A stretch of 60,503 bases of DNA, the filler included, from Basidiobolus ranarum (Eukaryota), in the NCBI GenBank assembly GCA_040143965.1. It is 2 parts of 2 records of this genome, joined end to end, with 100 filler letters (N's around TTAATTAATTAA, not from the genome) between each part and the next. Parts side by side here need not be neighbours in the genome. Positions count along the whole stretch, not along the records: positions 1 to 30,353 come from JASJQH010000100.1; 1 more part is not named here. The stretch is one strand, 5' to 3'. A program made the position numbers and the translations under genes. Positions 1 to 13,109 of the stretch are shown piece after piece. Each line of letters begins with the position of its first letter. The stretch's first letter is position 1. Below the pieces are notes generated by a model that was given only the letters and a program-made list of their open reading frames with translations, made no database searches and had not been told where the DNA came from.

Positions 1-308
1 AGTATAACAGTTCATTGACTTATGGCTATTACATGATGAGCGTATAATTGTAGGCTTTACCCATGCTATGTCAACGATGCCATCCTTCATCCACCACAAT
101 TTGATCATTTGTGAGATGCATTAGATGGTTATGAAATAGAGGATACTTGGCGCCCTTCATAAGCTCGGACCTGGTTGATACTGGTGATGTAGTACCTTTA
201 CAGAATTGATGATCATGAAGACGATGATAAACAGTGCCATCATATTACAGCAAGAGACTCTGATTATGGTGTTGAAAATAATTACTAGCAGGTAAGATTA
301 ATGGTTGC

Positions 309-408
309 GATAATTAGATAGCATTAGATTTGAGAGTTTCTTTAGCTGTTGATTTTTAGATAAATAGATAGCATTAGATTTGAGAGTTTCTTTAGCTGTT
401 GATTTTTA
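309..408. repeat. Tandem duplication of a 50-bp unit (2 copies, 1 mismatch)
   Basis: gataa[t/a]tagatagcattagatttgagagtttctttagctgttgattttta occurs at 309-358 and 359-408. Confidence 0.9.
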
Positions 409-1484
409 ATAACTTTCTTAATAGACTCATGGTTCTGTACCATGCATAAGAAAATTGTTGATTTTCATAAATTTGACATTTATATACTATTCCTGATATT
501 TCGGTGTTACTTTATGTTACCGAAGTAAGTTTCATGCATATACTTCAACAATTAACATTGATGCCTAAACCATAAATTTGGATGAGCGTAAGAAAAGAAG
601 TTTCTTTTAGATTCCTCAGGGATGTATTGCAAAGGCTAGTGAGCTGGATAATAGTGTAATCTCCGAGACATGGGAAACTCACCCTCTTTGGAGTAACAAT
701 TGTATTTAAGAGAGGAGAGACTTTGAAACAGGAGCAGGCGCTACTTATGGGATAATTGAATCGCAAGCATCGTGTCTTAAATATTCAAGTTGATACAAGC
801 AAAACTGCTTCACACGTGATGCTAAAGCTTGAATTATATCATGTGAGAATTGAGAGATCTTGACTCCTTCGCTTTTCTTCTTGCTAATATCCACAAACGA
901 ATTGCTATTCATTGCCTGACTTGTTTTGTGGTTGTCGTAATCTAAACCATAGAGTAAAAGCGTTGACAAATGAATGAAAGACTAGTTGGCTTGATCGGTG
1001 CACACTTTACAGTGTTACTACTACGAGTCTAAATGTGGAGGTGGCTTGGACCTATACAGGATGGCTTAGTGACGATGTTTAAGCTAGTTACCGAAGAATA
1101 TCATCTTGATTGGTTGAAATTGTGTGGGAACAGAAATACACCTTAAACTATATATGTATTCTCACATTCATTTGATACTTGCTGCTCTCCTGGTACTTTC
1201 CCATCGATTTACCAGCGCTACTACTTGCTCGTACTCACATGAATGCTGGTTTTACTCTCACTATCTTAGCGTTTCAAAATATAGTCACAAGATTTATTAG
1301 TTTGTGCATCCTATTGAGTTACCCATTTCTCACCCTTCAACGAACTACTTTTCGGGTTTGGTTTAAAAGCGCAACTCTACTACACATCCTTGTTTCTTAT
1401 TACTTTTTTTCTGCCTATTTCCTGAGCGGCTGCTGATCAGTTTGTCTTTATAAACTTTCTCCTTGTCCTTGTTAATATCCACAG

Positions 1485-3273
1485 ATGTCTGGAATTACTG
1501 ATACAAATAATCCAATTTCTATTGCTCGTCGCCGTCTCGAAAATCTTAATAGCACCTTAGGCAGTGTCGACAAACTTGCCAAGCCCAATACCTCTAGTAA
1601 CGGTAAGTATATCTTTTGCTATTATATCCATGGCCGACCGAGTATCTGATCTTCTGTTTACTATAGTGATTCCATATGATGAACGACAAGAAGTCAATAA
1701 AACCCAAATGAATCCAGTTTATTTTCTTCAACGTAGCTCGAATGTATTTCCAGATAAAGTTGCGGTGAAAATGGATGAGTTAACCTACACCTACACCGAA
1801 TTACTCGAAAGAGTTCACAACTTAGCTTACGCATTACGTAGTGAGGGAATCCAAGCAGGTGACCGAGTGGCTTATCTATCTCCGAATGTTCCAGCATTAT
1901 TTGAAGGGCATTTTGGTATACCTTGTTTGAGAGCCATCATGGTAGCTATCAATTATCGATTGAAAGCTGGCGAGATCGAATATGTGTTAAATCATTCTGG
2001 AAGTAAGATACTATTTGTTGATAGAGATTCTTACTCTTTGGTGGCTCATTTGAAAGAGAAATTGAAGATCATTTGCGTCGACAGCAGTGGTCGTAATGAT
2101 GATCCATACGAGCAATTTTTGGCCAAAGGTCGCACTTTAAACTGTGGTTGGAAAGGATTGGATCTATTTGGTGATGAAGATGACACTATTAGCATATCTT
2201 ACACCAGTGGTACTACCGGCAGTCCCAAGGGTGTAATGTTGACATATCGTGGAGTTTACATGAGTTCATTAGGAAATTCAATTGAGGCGGAACTGAATTC
2301 CGAATCAGTGATGATGTGGACCTTACCATTATTTCATTGTAATGGATGGACTTTCCCTTGGGCAATGACTGCAGTGGGTGGTACGAATATCATGGTTAGA
2401 AAGATGGATTACGACTATATTTGGAAGGTTTTGGTGAAAGATAAAGTTACTCATTATAATGGTGCTCCAACTGTTCAAATTTCAATAGTAAATCATCCAA
2501 TGGCGCATAAATTACCAAACCCCGTTAAAGTTACTGTAGCCGGATCCCCACCCTCCCCTAACCTCATTTCTAAAATGAAGCGATTGAATTTGATACCCGT
2601 GCATACTTACGGGCTAACTGAAACCTATGGACCCTCACTGATCTCTCGTTGGAAACCAGAATGGGAATCGCTCCCTGAGCACGAACAAGCGGTAGTATTA
2701 GCTCGTCAAGGGCATAGCTACTGTATCTCCGAAGAGACAAGAGTGGTTGATTCAAAGATGGAAGATGTTCCTTTTGACGGTAAAACTCTGGGCGAAGTAG
2801 TCATGAGGGGCTCAATGGTGATGAAAGGCTACTATAAAGATCAAGCTTCCACTGAGGAAGCGTTCAAGGGAGGTTGGTTCCATTCTGGAGATATTGCTGT
2901 ACGTCATCCAGATGGTTATATTCAGCTGAGAGACCGTAAGAAAGATATCATTATTAGCGGTGGTGAGAACATCTCTACTATTGAGATAGAGCAAATCATA
3001 AATGAGCATCCGGCCGTACTTGAAGTTGCAGTGGTTGCTATACCCGATGAAAAATGGGGAGAGAGACCTAAAGCATTTATTCGAGTGCAAGATGGAATCC
3101 AGGTCACGGAAGAAGAAATCATTTCCTTTTGCAAGAAATCCATGGCTGGCTATAAATGTCCTACTAAAGTGGAAGTGGTTCAAGATTTCCCCAAGACAAG
3201 TACTGGTAAAATCCAGAAATTCGCACTTCGTGCCAAGGAATGGGAGCATCATGGCCCACATAGAATTAACTAA
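1485..3273 (+). CDS. Acyl-CoA synthetase / AMP-binding enzyme (acyl-activating enzyme, short/medium-chain type); 2 exons
   Basis: ATG at 1485 (MSGITDTNNPISIARRRL...). GTAAGT...TAG intron at 1603-1666 joins in frame to the long ORF. Adenylate-forming motifs YTSGTTGSPKG, YGLTETYGP, GWFHSGD, DRKKDIIISGGENI and PKTSTGKIQK. Confidence 0.93.
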
Positions 3274-4131
3274 AAATCAAATATACAACCTATTGTAAAA
3301 CTTACTATTTATGGGAATAAATTTTGAATTCAAAGAATTCTCTTGGTCCTACCTAGGGACTATTGAACTATAGAAGATATGGAATGACAAATAATTTCTA
3401 GGGAATCACGATATACTAGTCACAATTATCCTCATGTCGTAATCCATTATGAAGGTAAGCTGTGTACAATGTGCATACGTGAGACTACATGCTATAGGTT
3501 GTCACACACATATTTAGTAATCTGGTATTGCATATGAACTAACATACGAAGATAGCTGAACCAGGTCTGAGATCCTGTCCCAAGATGGCTATGTTCTAAA
3601 AGACCCCTTCTATGGCCTTACATGAATCTAAATGTTTCGATGAGAGGAAAGATGGGATTCGATTGTGAGAAGGCCATTATATTTATTTCGGATGTTCACT
3701 ATCAAGAGCTCTTATTTCAACTACGTAAGATTCTGTTGAACTCGATAGTATTGAGCAAGTCAATGTTTAGAAAGTTCGATGTTGAACTTAAATAAGTAGT
3801 GTTAGATTGAAGATAACATCCAAATGGGATCTAACGCCTGGTGTGCTTACATCGGAATATGTTCAACTCAATATGGGATTGATTCCCTTCCTGAGTAAAT
3901 AAAATGGACGTTTTTTTGATTTTAGAGATTCGAAGCAATGCATTCATGGTACAAAAAACACTAGTATACAGGCAAAATCCAAAGTGGTGAAAAATGAATG
4001 GTAGTCGTTTGTATGTGCGAGGGCGACATGAGGATATTAGGGTTAGAATGTTTCGCTCCTTGTATGGTTGTTCTATATATATTGGAATAAAAAGAGTACA
4101 ATGAAAAGTTGAAGGTCAGATGCTAGAAATC

Positions 4132-4722
4132 TTATAAACATGTTTCTACGGAGGGGAAAGGACAATCAGCAAGGGGCTTCCGTTTACGAGTACATACAGA
4201 GTCGAGAGCTACTTCAGACTTATGTTTTCGAGAAACTGTCTCATCGCTTGTAGGGGGAGGGGTCAACGGTGCAAACAAAGAGATTGGGTGATTGAGATCG
4301 GTCGTCCTTACTACCCATTTCACCTTAGATACTTCAGGGAAGCTCAAGACACAATCGAACATCCACTCATGTAGGCCTTTATATTCATCTACAATACTCA
4401 AATTGCATAGATAGGCTAAACGCACATGGTCGGTTACAACTCGAGCAAATCCAATTTGACGTGCAGCATATTTAGATTGTGGATTGTTGATGTCGGGTGA
4501 AGCGGTGGGAACTATAATATAGAGACCGAAGCAAAGCGAATGTTCAAGAACCCGTTTGAAATCTTGAAAAGCCAAAGTTGCACTACTAGATGTTGATTTA
4601 ACCACAAGATTGTATATAAAAGAAAGGTCCAGTCGACGAGGATCGGTGCTAATGAAAAATGAAGTACGAAACCATGTGTAATAATTTTTTACTGGGAGCG
4701 TAGATCCCACATCGCAATTCAT
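4132..4722 (-). CDS. GNAT-family N-acetyltransferase-like protein
   Basis: ISTDPRRLDL, SLCFGLY and QIGFARVVTDHVRLAYL are typical of a widespread bacterial/fungal GNAT subfamily. First ATG is at 4722 (the ORF track starts at an upstream TTG). Confidence 0.75.
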   Translation of the reverse strand: MNCDVGSTLPVKNYYTWFRTSFFISTDPRRLDLSFIYNLVVKSTSSSATLAFQDFKRVLEHSLCFGLYIIVPTASPDINNPQSKYAARQIGFARVVTDHVRLAYLCNLSIVDEYKGLHEWMFDCVLSFPEVSKVKWVVRTTDLNHPISLFAPLTPPPTSDETVSRKHKSEVALDSVCTRKRKPLADCPFPSVETCL

Positions 4723-6183
4723 AATGTACTGCAAAAATATGTGACAGTTAAGTTTCGGAATTAGGAGCTAGAACTTCTTACTACAAAAGAATTCTTGAGC
4801 GAAGCGATATAAAACGCCGAATACTGTGAAGAAGAAGCACCAAAGGAAGCAAAAGCTCAAGCAACAAGGTAGCAAATAACAGGATAGACCAAAAAAAAGC
4901 AAGAATTTGAGAAATCCAATTGAGTGATCACACTTTTTATAAGATAGATCTGGCCTTTCCCCAAATGGCTGGGAAAAGATATCCCGAGATATCCAAAAAG
5001 GAAAAGGTTTCTTGCGAAACTTCCATAAAACTATATCAAATCAATGTACAGTAGAGGGTTATTGATCTACTAAATATCTGCTAAATATCTACCTGACAAA
5101 TGGCTGTAGCGATGGATTGATTTAGTCAAGATGAGATGAATGGCGAAGAAATGATTGCAGTTAGGGTTATCTGTGTGGTTATCTGTGTACAGGTAAACTA
5201 GAATGAATGGCTGAAGATTGGATGATCAGGACAAGTCATCTGGACCGTATCCGAAAGTATTTGGCCGTACAATACCCATTCGCACTACAAATTGTGATAG
5301 AGGTCACACCAGCTTTCTCCTTGCTGTGCTGTCGAATTGAGGCTGTGATTCAGTTGTTTCGCCAGAAAGCTATAGCATTGGTAAATGATCATTAGGTGGC
5401 TTAGAATATCTGCATAAAATTTTGTTAGTTTCTCTTTAAGCCAGATCAGCTTAAATTCAAGAACACCAATGACTTGTAGAGAAACAAAACCCAAGTAGAG
5501 CCACTGGAGAAAAGTGAGGTTTGAGGGATAGATTTCCCAAGCCCGACACATCTCCACTACTTCCTAGCATAAGGTGTAAAGAAACGCTGCTATGATTCGC
5601 AGATATTAACAGTCTAATGCGTGTCGGAAGTTATGAAAGTGCATTGGCAAAATGTAGCTTTCACTCTAAAAATTGATTGAGCCTTTATATATATACATAC
5701 ACACGATTTGATATAGAGATTATTTGCATTTATTCATATCCTCATTGTGAAACAGCTTGAAGGAAGATTTAAAGTCAGTTGAACAATGATAGATTACTGA
5801 GATTTAGGAATAATAAAATGTCCCATTTAAATCTCAGCATAGGCAACGTGTAGGTAAATATGCGGCGCCTTTTATATGTACATGATTACATTTGACATTG
5901 AGCAGCACCAGCAGTCGACTTGAGATTTATCTTACTACAATAAAGGTTCTGTTGACAGTTCCTTGGAACATTGATCGTTATCCTCATAAAAATCCTCTCC
6001 CCTATATAACAGTGTATTCCTTGTGAAAATTGCCTCATACTTGCTTTCTTATCCTTTCATTCGTTTCTTGACGATACGTGCCTTGATATTATTCCATCAG
6101 ACTACTTTATATTTCATTCGGTTCTGTAGAGAACTGTGGTATATAATCTTCTTCTTTTACCACTGCTTTTCCCTTACACAAAT

Positions 6184-8706
6184 ATGAGTTTCGGCCAATG
6201 GCAAGGTGAACCAATTGTACAGGTGAACCTTCAAGAGTTTCAACCCGAAGACCTAAGCCCACCTGGCTCACCTGATCCTTTATATGAAAGCTGGGATAGT
6301 GATAGACTGAGAGTGAAAAAAGAACAGAAAAACTTCAACGAGTATAACCATTTTTCTCAAAAAGAGTGGTCTTGGGATCGCCTGATAAAGGTAATCACTT
6401 CTTAAACATTCTTTTGTCGAATCATCTAAATCCAAAGAGTATGAATTTCACTCATAAATTATACTTAGGAATGTACTAAGCTCCAAAAGACAAATTACGA
6501 CCTGGAACTTCGCAATTTGGTTATGCAAGAACAACTGTTTCGCTCTAGGGCTGATAATGTTAGAGAATTGATGAAAGAGGTTTTATTTTGTGTTATTTAC
6601 AGTAAATATAGCAATTAATACTAAAACTATTTCATATCTAATGAAACAGTATTATACCGACAAGGCGCTGATAAAGGAACTAAACGAAGAACGGGAAAAA
6701 CAGAATAAGCTCGTAAAAGATGCACAAGAGGAGATCTCTAAACTTAAAGAGCGACTCAAAAAACCTTGTATTATGCAGCATGGAATGTCAGAAGAAGAAC
6801 ATCATAGATATAACTTAGCTCTCAAAGAGGAAAAAGCGCTTCGCAAGGAATTAAGTGTTCTTAAAGAGCGATTTAATAGCAGAAACAACGAACTCCAGGC
6901 ATCCCAAGAAGAGTCACAACGTTTGTGCAATGCGTACAATACGTTACAGAGCGAGTTTAATGAATATAAAAAGGAATCAGAGAATCGAGTCAATGATATC
7001 CACTCTCTCAATATGAAAATTGAGAATGATTTTGCACAATTGAAGGAGCAACATGCAGATATTATAAATAGTATGCCTGCTACAGAAGATGAAGTACTGG
7101 CACTTCGTGAGATGCGTGACAATGCAGTGGAAGAATGGGAGAGATGCCGTCAAAAACTAACGGAGGTTCAACGTCAACTTTCAGCTCAAGAGAAATGGAT
7201 AGCGAAAGTGCAAATAGAACGTGAGCAAATGGAAAATTCTCGAGTTCACTCCTGTTCTGATCATACACTCACACCAGAAACGGGATCCCAAGAAGGCTCT
7301 ACATTGGGCCCAAGAGATACTGATATTGAACATTATCCTCATTGCAGGTTTAGAAAGGTTTGCTATTTCTCTTAAGTTGTGAATTTATTTTCGAATTCTA
7401 ATGAGTACAACGAATTTGGCCAGAATTGTGAGTTGTATAAAGACCAAATCGCAGAGCTTAACATGCAGGTGATTCAGTATAAGCTCTCATATATCAAAGC
7501 CGAAAACCAAATTAGAGAATTAGACAGCGAAATATACGCGGTATAGTATTCTCGCAGTAACATTGAATGGTTTATGGATGCTAACCGTATTTCCAAAATA
7601 TAGGTTAGACAAAAATTAGCCGAAGCTGAAAATATATCCCATATCCTCTCCGGTCACATGAAAGAATTAGAAGAGGAACTAGAAAATAATGAACGTGGAA
7701 ATTCTGAGTCCGAGCGTTCTTTTAGAAAAGAAATCTTGCGACTAGAAGAGGTAAAGTATGATATGGAATGGAGACTGCTTGGTTAAAATTTCTTACTTCC
7801 ACTTTAAATTAGGAGCTTTCTGTAGCGATGACTAATCTCTACTCAAAAAACCCTTCTATCGCCGACATGGTTACAGAATTGCAGTATCTCCGGAGCCAAG
7901 CTGAGGACAACATCTCACGATCTAAATCACTAAAATCGCAAGTTGCCCAGGAGGCCATTAATCGAATGACTGCAGAATCCAAGAGTAAGGCTATGGAGCG
8001 AGAATTACATGATAAATATATGGATAGCATATTTATGCTGGAACAGGTAATCAACGTTGATATCTTTACTATCAAGTTTGGCATTGATTTAGTTGTATTT
8101 AGGATTTGGAGAACAAAGATACTGAAATCGTGCGATTACGAAGAAAGCTAGCAACATTCAATAGCGCTCAGTCTTCTCCATCCTCTCCTAGGGACTCGCT
8201 CCATTATAGAAGAGTAAAACCTTCTTAGAAGAGATATCTGTATAAGGTGTATTTTAATTGACTGCTTCTTTTTTACAATTAGTCATTACACGACATGAAA
8301 CTTGCCTACAGTCCGCCAAGAGACTCTCTTCAATACCGCAAGGTATGATCCTTTTATAGGCTATTCTTACGTGAGACCAACTAGTTGCTTATCTGTCCAT
8401 CTCTAGTCGTTTCATGACATCAAGCGTTCGTTTACTGCCCCGAATTACTCGAAGGCTCACACAGACTATGAACCACAAAAATCCGTGCTAGGGGTATGTA
8501 CTATCTATCCATACTATGATTCTGCTGTTCTAACAATGAATCTTTTTTTTTGAGGATGCAAACTTTGTACGCGAGCCTGCCAGTTTCCTGGAGCGTGTCA
8601 GCAGGCGCTATGAGGTATTTATTTTACTGCCATGGATTGATGACATGTCACAACTAACCTTGTAAATTAGGATTTACGTGATACCACCAATCATATGCGA
8701 ATATAA
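6184..8706 (+). CDS. Multi-exon long coiled-coil protein with a divergent centrosomin-motif-1 (CM1)-like segment (Mto1/Cnn-like candidate)
   Basis: Splicing out intron 6391-6468 gives ...RLIK|ECTKLQKDNYDLELRNLVMQEQL, resembling the CM1 consensus (LKKENFxLKLRIxFLEERL). Long heptad-rich exons follow (6650-7360, 7813-8046). Last exon reads DLRDTTNHMRI* with stop at 8704-8706. Confidence 0.6.
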
Positions 8707-8777
8707 ACAATTGTGAGCATTTACTCATTCACTCATTCACTCACACCATTCGCAATCTGTATTTGTAGAAAAAGTCC

Positions 8778-8863
8778 TAGTCTGTATGCCCAATAGACAA
8801 GTTATAGAGTCTGTTAGGCTTAGTCTGTATGCCCAATAAGAAAGTTATAGAGTCTGTTATGCT
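8778..8863. repeat. Tandem duplication of a ~43-bp unit (2 imperfect copies)
   Basis: tagtctgtatgcccaata...aagttatagagtctgtta repeated from 8778 and from 8821. Confidence 0.85.
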
Positions 8864-9341
8864 GGATGTAAATATTTTTTGGATAAATTCTGTTCATCAG
8901 GCTTTACATTTGATCAACATTTGACTCAAGTTTTTTCGGTGCCAACGAACTCACCAATTCATATAAAATCTTTGGTCCACTCTAGTACCTTAATGGTGTT
9001 CTACGTATACTTTGCCTTTGGAAAGCGACATTCAATAGTGGACTTTCTGAAGTTTGCGGTGATTATGAGTTGATAGCTGTGATAGTTCAGGTACTGAGGA
9101 TTTTTCAAGGGAAATAAGGAAATGATTTCTCCCTTATCCGTAAACATTAATGATTTATTTGCTGATGAATCCAATAATAAAATCATCCTTTCTAAGAATC
9201 CAAATTAATATTGCGAAAGTGTACTTGGACAATCAGAACTAAAATCCGACAGTTATTGAGGTGTGACTTTTGTATTACAGATAGTTTAACTTTCTAACTC
9301 TTCTTGAACTGAAAAATCCCTAAGAAAGTGCGATTACCTAA

Positions 9342-12300
9342 ATGCACCCACAGAGCTTTATCAAGCAAAAGGAGCTGGACCCTGGCAAACTGATTGAGCA
9401 AGCACTTCACGACAGAACAATCCCTCCATCTAGATTGTACTCATTTGAAGCATATTTTATCTTATAGTGATAGACTAATTCTTACCATTGCAAAATTAGT
9501 TATCAATCACCTACTAGAGCAAGCTCGTCTACTCATTTTTCGACATTTGACTCTCCCGTACGTACATCATCTACATTTGAGCTCTGGTTCTTCTCATATC
9601 CGAGTGATTGGCTAATTTCGATAGTTTCTTTTATTGCATATAGACACGAACAAAGCGGAAACTGTCGACGAAATTATTAAGACAAGAGCGGGATAAAATT
9701 ACAAGTAGAGATTCTTTTGATAAATGCAAAAAACAGACGTTACAAAGTGGGTTGGAAAATGGTATGTAGACTATATGCAAAACATTTTCACTGGTGTGTT
9801 TAATAATTGAGCCCTCCAAGCCCAGGAAGGTCTGAACCGCAGTAAAAGGCCACGAATTGAACGAGACCTTTCAGCGTTTGAACATAAGCCATTGAATCTT
9901 GTAGAAATATTAGACAACGAAAGAGATTCAAAACCACTACTTGTAAGCCCTCCCAAGAAACTTTACAGAAAAGAACTCAGTTTCCAGAATAGCCATGTTT
10001 CTCCAACTAAACAAATACAAAAACCACAAAGTATTTCTTTGGTATGTAAACGTTTATTCTCGACCTTTTATATATTAGATATCACTAAGCTCTAGTCGAC
10101 ATCAGATTGAGAAAGAAAAGAAACCTTCAACTCCGACAAACAAGCGAAACCACTCTTGTGTGTGGGTTAGTGACGAAGAGGAGCCTGGTAGGTTTAACCT
10201 ATTAAGAGTTGATTCTTGACAAATATTCTGGATATCAATCGTATTTTTCTATCCACTCAGAACATGAAGACTTGGGTAAATCAGAGAAACCAATATTAAT
10301 CGGAACACCTGACGATGTACCTGGAGATAATCACTCTTTAACAACATCCAAAGGAAAGATTTCGGTTCAGCCATCTTTTCAAATTGTAGCTACTCCAGAG
10401 GATCAACACAAGATTAAAGATCCATTTGGTACTCCAGTATTAAAGGCATGCGTTTTGGCCATTTTTCAGGTCTAGCAAATTCTAACTCTATTATATCGAT
10501 TAGTCTTCAGAAGCTTCAATCGTGATTGGGACTCCAGAAGATCAAGATTGTAGCGTGGAACCCCGTCAGCATAGCCCAGTTCGAGATAGCATGTCGCCAG
10601 AGGTATATATATTCTGATAGAATACATTTCCTCAGAACAATCCTCTAACTGCAATTACTTAGTTATTTACAACACCATCAAAATTAAAGTCAAGAGAAAC
10701 AGACGCGAGCGTTAAATACATCCCTTGTGCTCAAAGGCCCATGATGGGACTGGAATGCCTGCTAATCGGGTGTAAGCATTATAACGGCGTTACAGAACGC
10801 ATACTTCTCAGTTACAGTCAGGACTCTATACAGCTATATCATGGTTGTGACCAACTGGCTATCATACCTACTGCACGAATCACTTCGGTCAAAGTAAGCA
10901 AATTTATTACTAGAAGGCTGCCTCAACTTGGCTAATCATATTTCTACTTGTAGTACTATAATCAAACACATCCATATTTGGTTGTACTTAAGACTAATCG
11001 TCGCCTGAAAAACGAGAAGTTTGCCGAGTATTATAACCCAGGTAACCGAATACATATATTCACTGCAGGTACCTTAGATTCATTGCCTTGGCTAACACGA
11101 AGATATAGACGACCTAACGCCTAAAAAAACACAAATTCAGTGTTTTTTTAAACATCCGCCCGATAAATTGATCGAATGTCTCGAGAAAACTTTAAGGTTC
11201 TCGTGCGAACCACTATCGTACGTATTTGTCACCCGAAGGTATCAAATGGTCTATTGATTACTAATCATTTGTCCTGATCAGTAAGCTGGAATGGGATAAG
11301 CTTTGCAATGAGTCTTCGCCAGATTATACCTCAACAAAATACAAAGGAAAAGACCTTCATCTGTATCATTATTTCGGTAATATTGATATATCTAAATCTG
11401 CGCGTGGGAATGAAGAGTCAACAGGCAATCGAAACTCTTTGTTACAACGGTACATACTACATCATTACTGAAGAATTGACCATTTGGTAGCATTAATATG
11501 AACGTTTTGAACCTTAGTTCGCCTGCAAAAACCCCACGAAGTCATTCACGAAAGACCATTTTGAAAAATAAGCAATCTTTAGAGTATGTAAACGTACCGA
11601 AAATTTTAGCTCACATTCGCCTCCCCATCTAAACTCTTTTCAGACTCTTTGTATATCCTTTCAACCGGGTAAATGCTCTTGCAGTCACTAGTGATGACGT
11701 CTCTCGACTATCAGAAGGAGAATTTCTGAACGACACACTTGTAGAGTTCTACATGCGGTATATACTTGTAGTAAAACCTATTGTAAAAACTGATACCAAA
11801 CCAAGGATATTTCATTAGATACATTCAGAACGATCTCTCAAAGAAAAACCCCACGCTAGCAGATAGAGTCCACTTCTTCAACCCATTCTTCTACCATCGT
11901 CTCACTCATAAGGACTCATCCAGGTTAGTTTTAAGGTTAGAATACAACCGGAATCCACCCTATCAACTGATTTTTCTCTAGCAATGCATACGAGAGAGTC
12001 AAAAAATGGACATCGAAAATAGATCTGTTCGAGAAAGATTATATCTTTGTTCCAATTAACGAAAAGTAACTGCTTAGTTTTGTCACCGACTTTCGCCTTA
12101 CCTTGACTGACGAAAGTTTTTTCTTTGTAGTCTGCACTGGTACCTCGCATTGATATGTTTCCCCGCGCTATTGCTGAACGACACGCACTTGGATCAGCCT
12201 GAAACGCGGCCAAAGACTGATGATGGTAAGCTACATAGTATTATTTGTCATTTCTTCGCTAACCTAACCCATTCTCAAGTTTATGAATGCAACGACGAAG

Positions 12301-12950
12301 TGACAGTTATCGACGTCCATTTGATAGAAGATTCTGCACCCCAAAGCATAGATGAGGATATGAAAGCCGACAATTCCAAGAGGTTTTTGCTCATATATTT
12401 GATCATCTGTATTTGATGATAGAATTCAATTGACCCTTTATCCACCTAGTCCATGGATCATTATCTTCGACTCACTCAACTCTCGACATGAAAACGTGTT
12501 TGAAGTACTGAATACCTATTTATATCACGAGGCTAAAGAAAAAAAGAACATCAAAATCCGTGAGAAAGCAAAAGGAATCTATGCGAAAGTTGTTCACTTT
12601 TGCTATTACTCTTTCGCACTCCCATGTCTAACTATGTCTACATTTGATCCAAACTCTAGGTTCCTTGTCAAACGAATCATTGTGATTGTGGCGTCTACTT
12701 GCTACAGTATGTGGAGACTTTTTTGAGTGACTCCAAGAAATATCTAAACTTTGCAGTGGTAAGTATTATATGTGTAATTTATAAATGAACTTGGTGTCTG
12801 ATGAATGAACATTGAATTTAGGACCAGATGGAAGATACCACTGCTTGGTTTACACGGCAAGATATCGGAGGGAAACGGGAACAAATTCGAAATCTCATCT
12901 ATAAACTTAGTGAAGAATATACGAATATACAAGGAACCTCTAAAGCATAA
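9342..12950 (+). CDS. ULP2: SUMO-specific protease, peptidase C48, Ulp2/SENP6-7 type; many introns
   Basis: Spliced exons give LFVYPF...RLSEGEFLNDTLVEFYMR, VHFFNPFFY, VKKWTSKIDLFEKDYIFVPINE-(N)LHWYLALICFP (catalytic His), IIIFDSL (Asp) and VPCQTNHCDCGVYLLQYVETF (Gln/Cys). Stop at 12948-12950; the start codon is tentative. Confidence 0.88.
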
Positions 12951-13109
12951 CCTCATCAGATATAGAGAAGAGATGTATAAAATTTGAATAGTATGTAAAA
13001 CGTAAACCGTCCATCGTAAACCCTTTGTATAATATAGAATTTAATACAATGCTCGACAATAGCGTTTATTCTAAACTTTACATAAGAATCTATTAGTGTA
13101 GTTTATGAA

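Noticed and set aside
309-408. Direct repeats here, at 8778-8863 and at 36992-37047 considered as CRISPR-like arrays
   Set aside because: Each has only two abutting copies, no spacers and no cas genes, in a eukaryotic context; these are simple tandem duplications.
2812-3261. Long antisense ORFs over real genes (also 23085-23402, 23601-23915, 16965-17393)
   Set aside because: They overlap well-supported genes on the opposite strand and carry no recognisable motifs.
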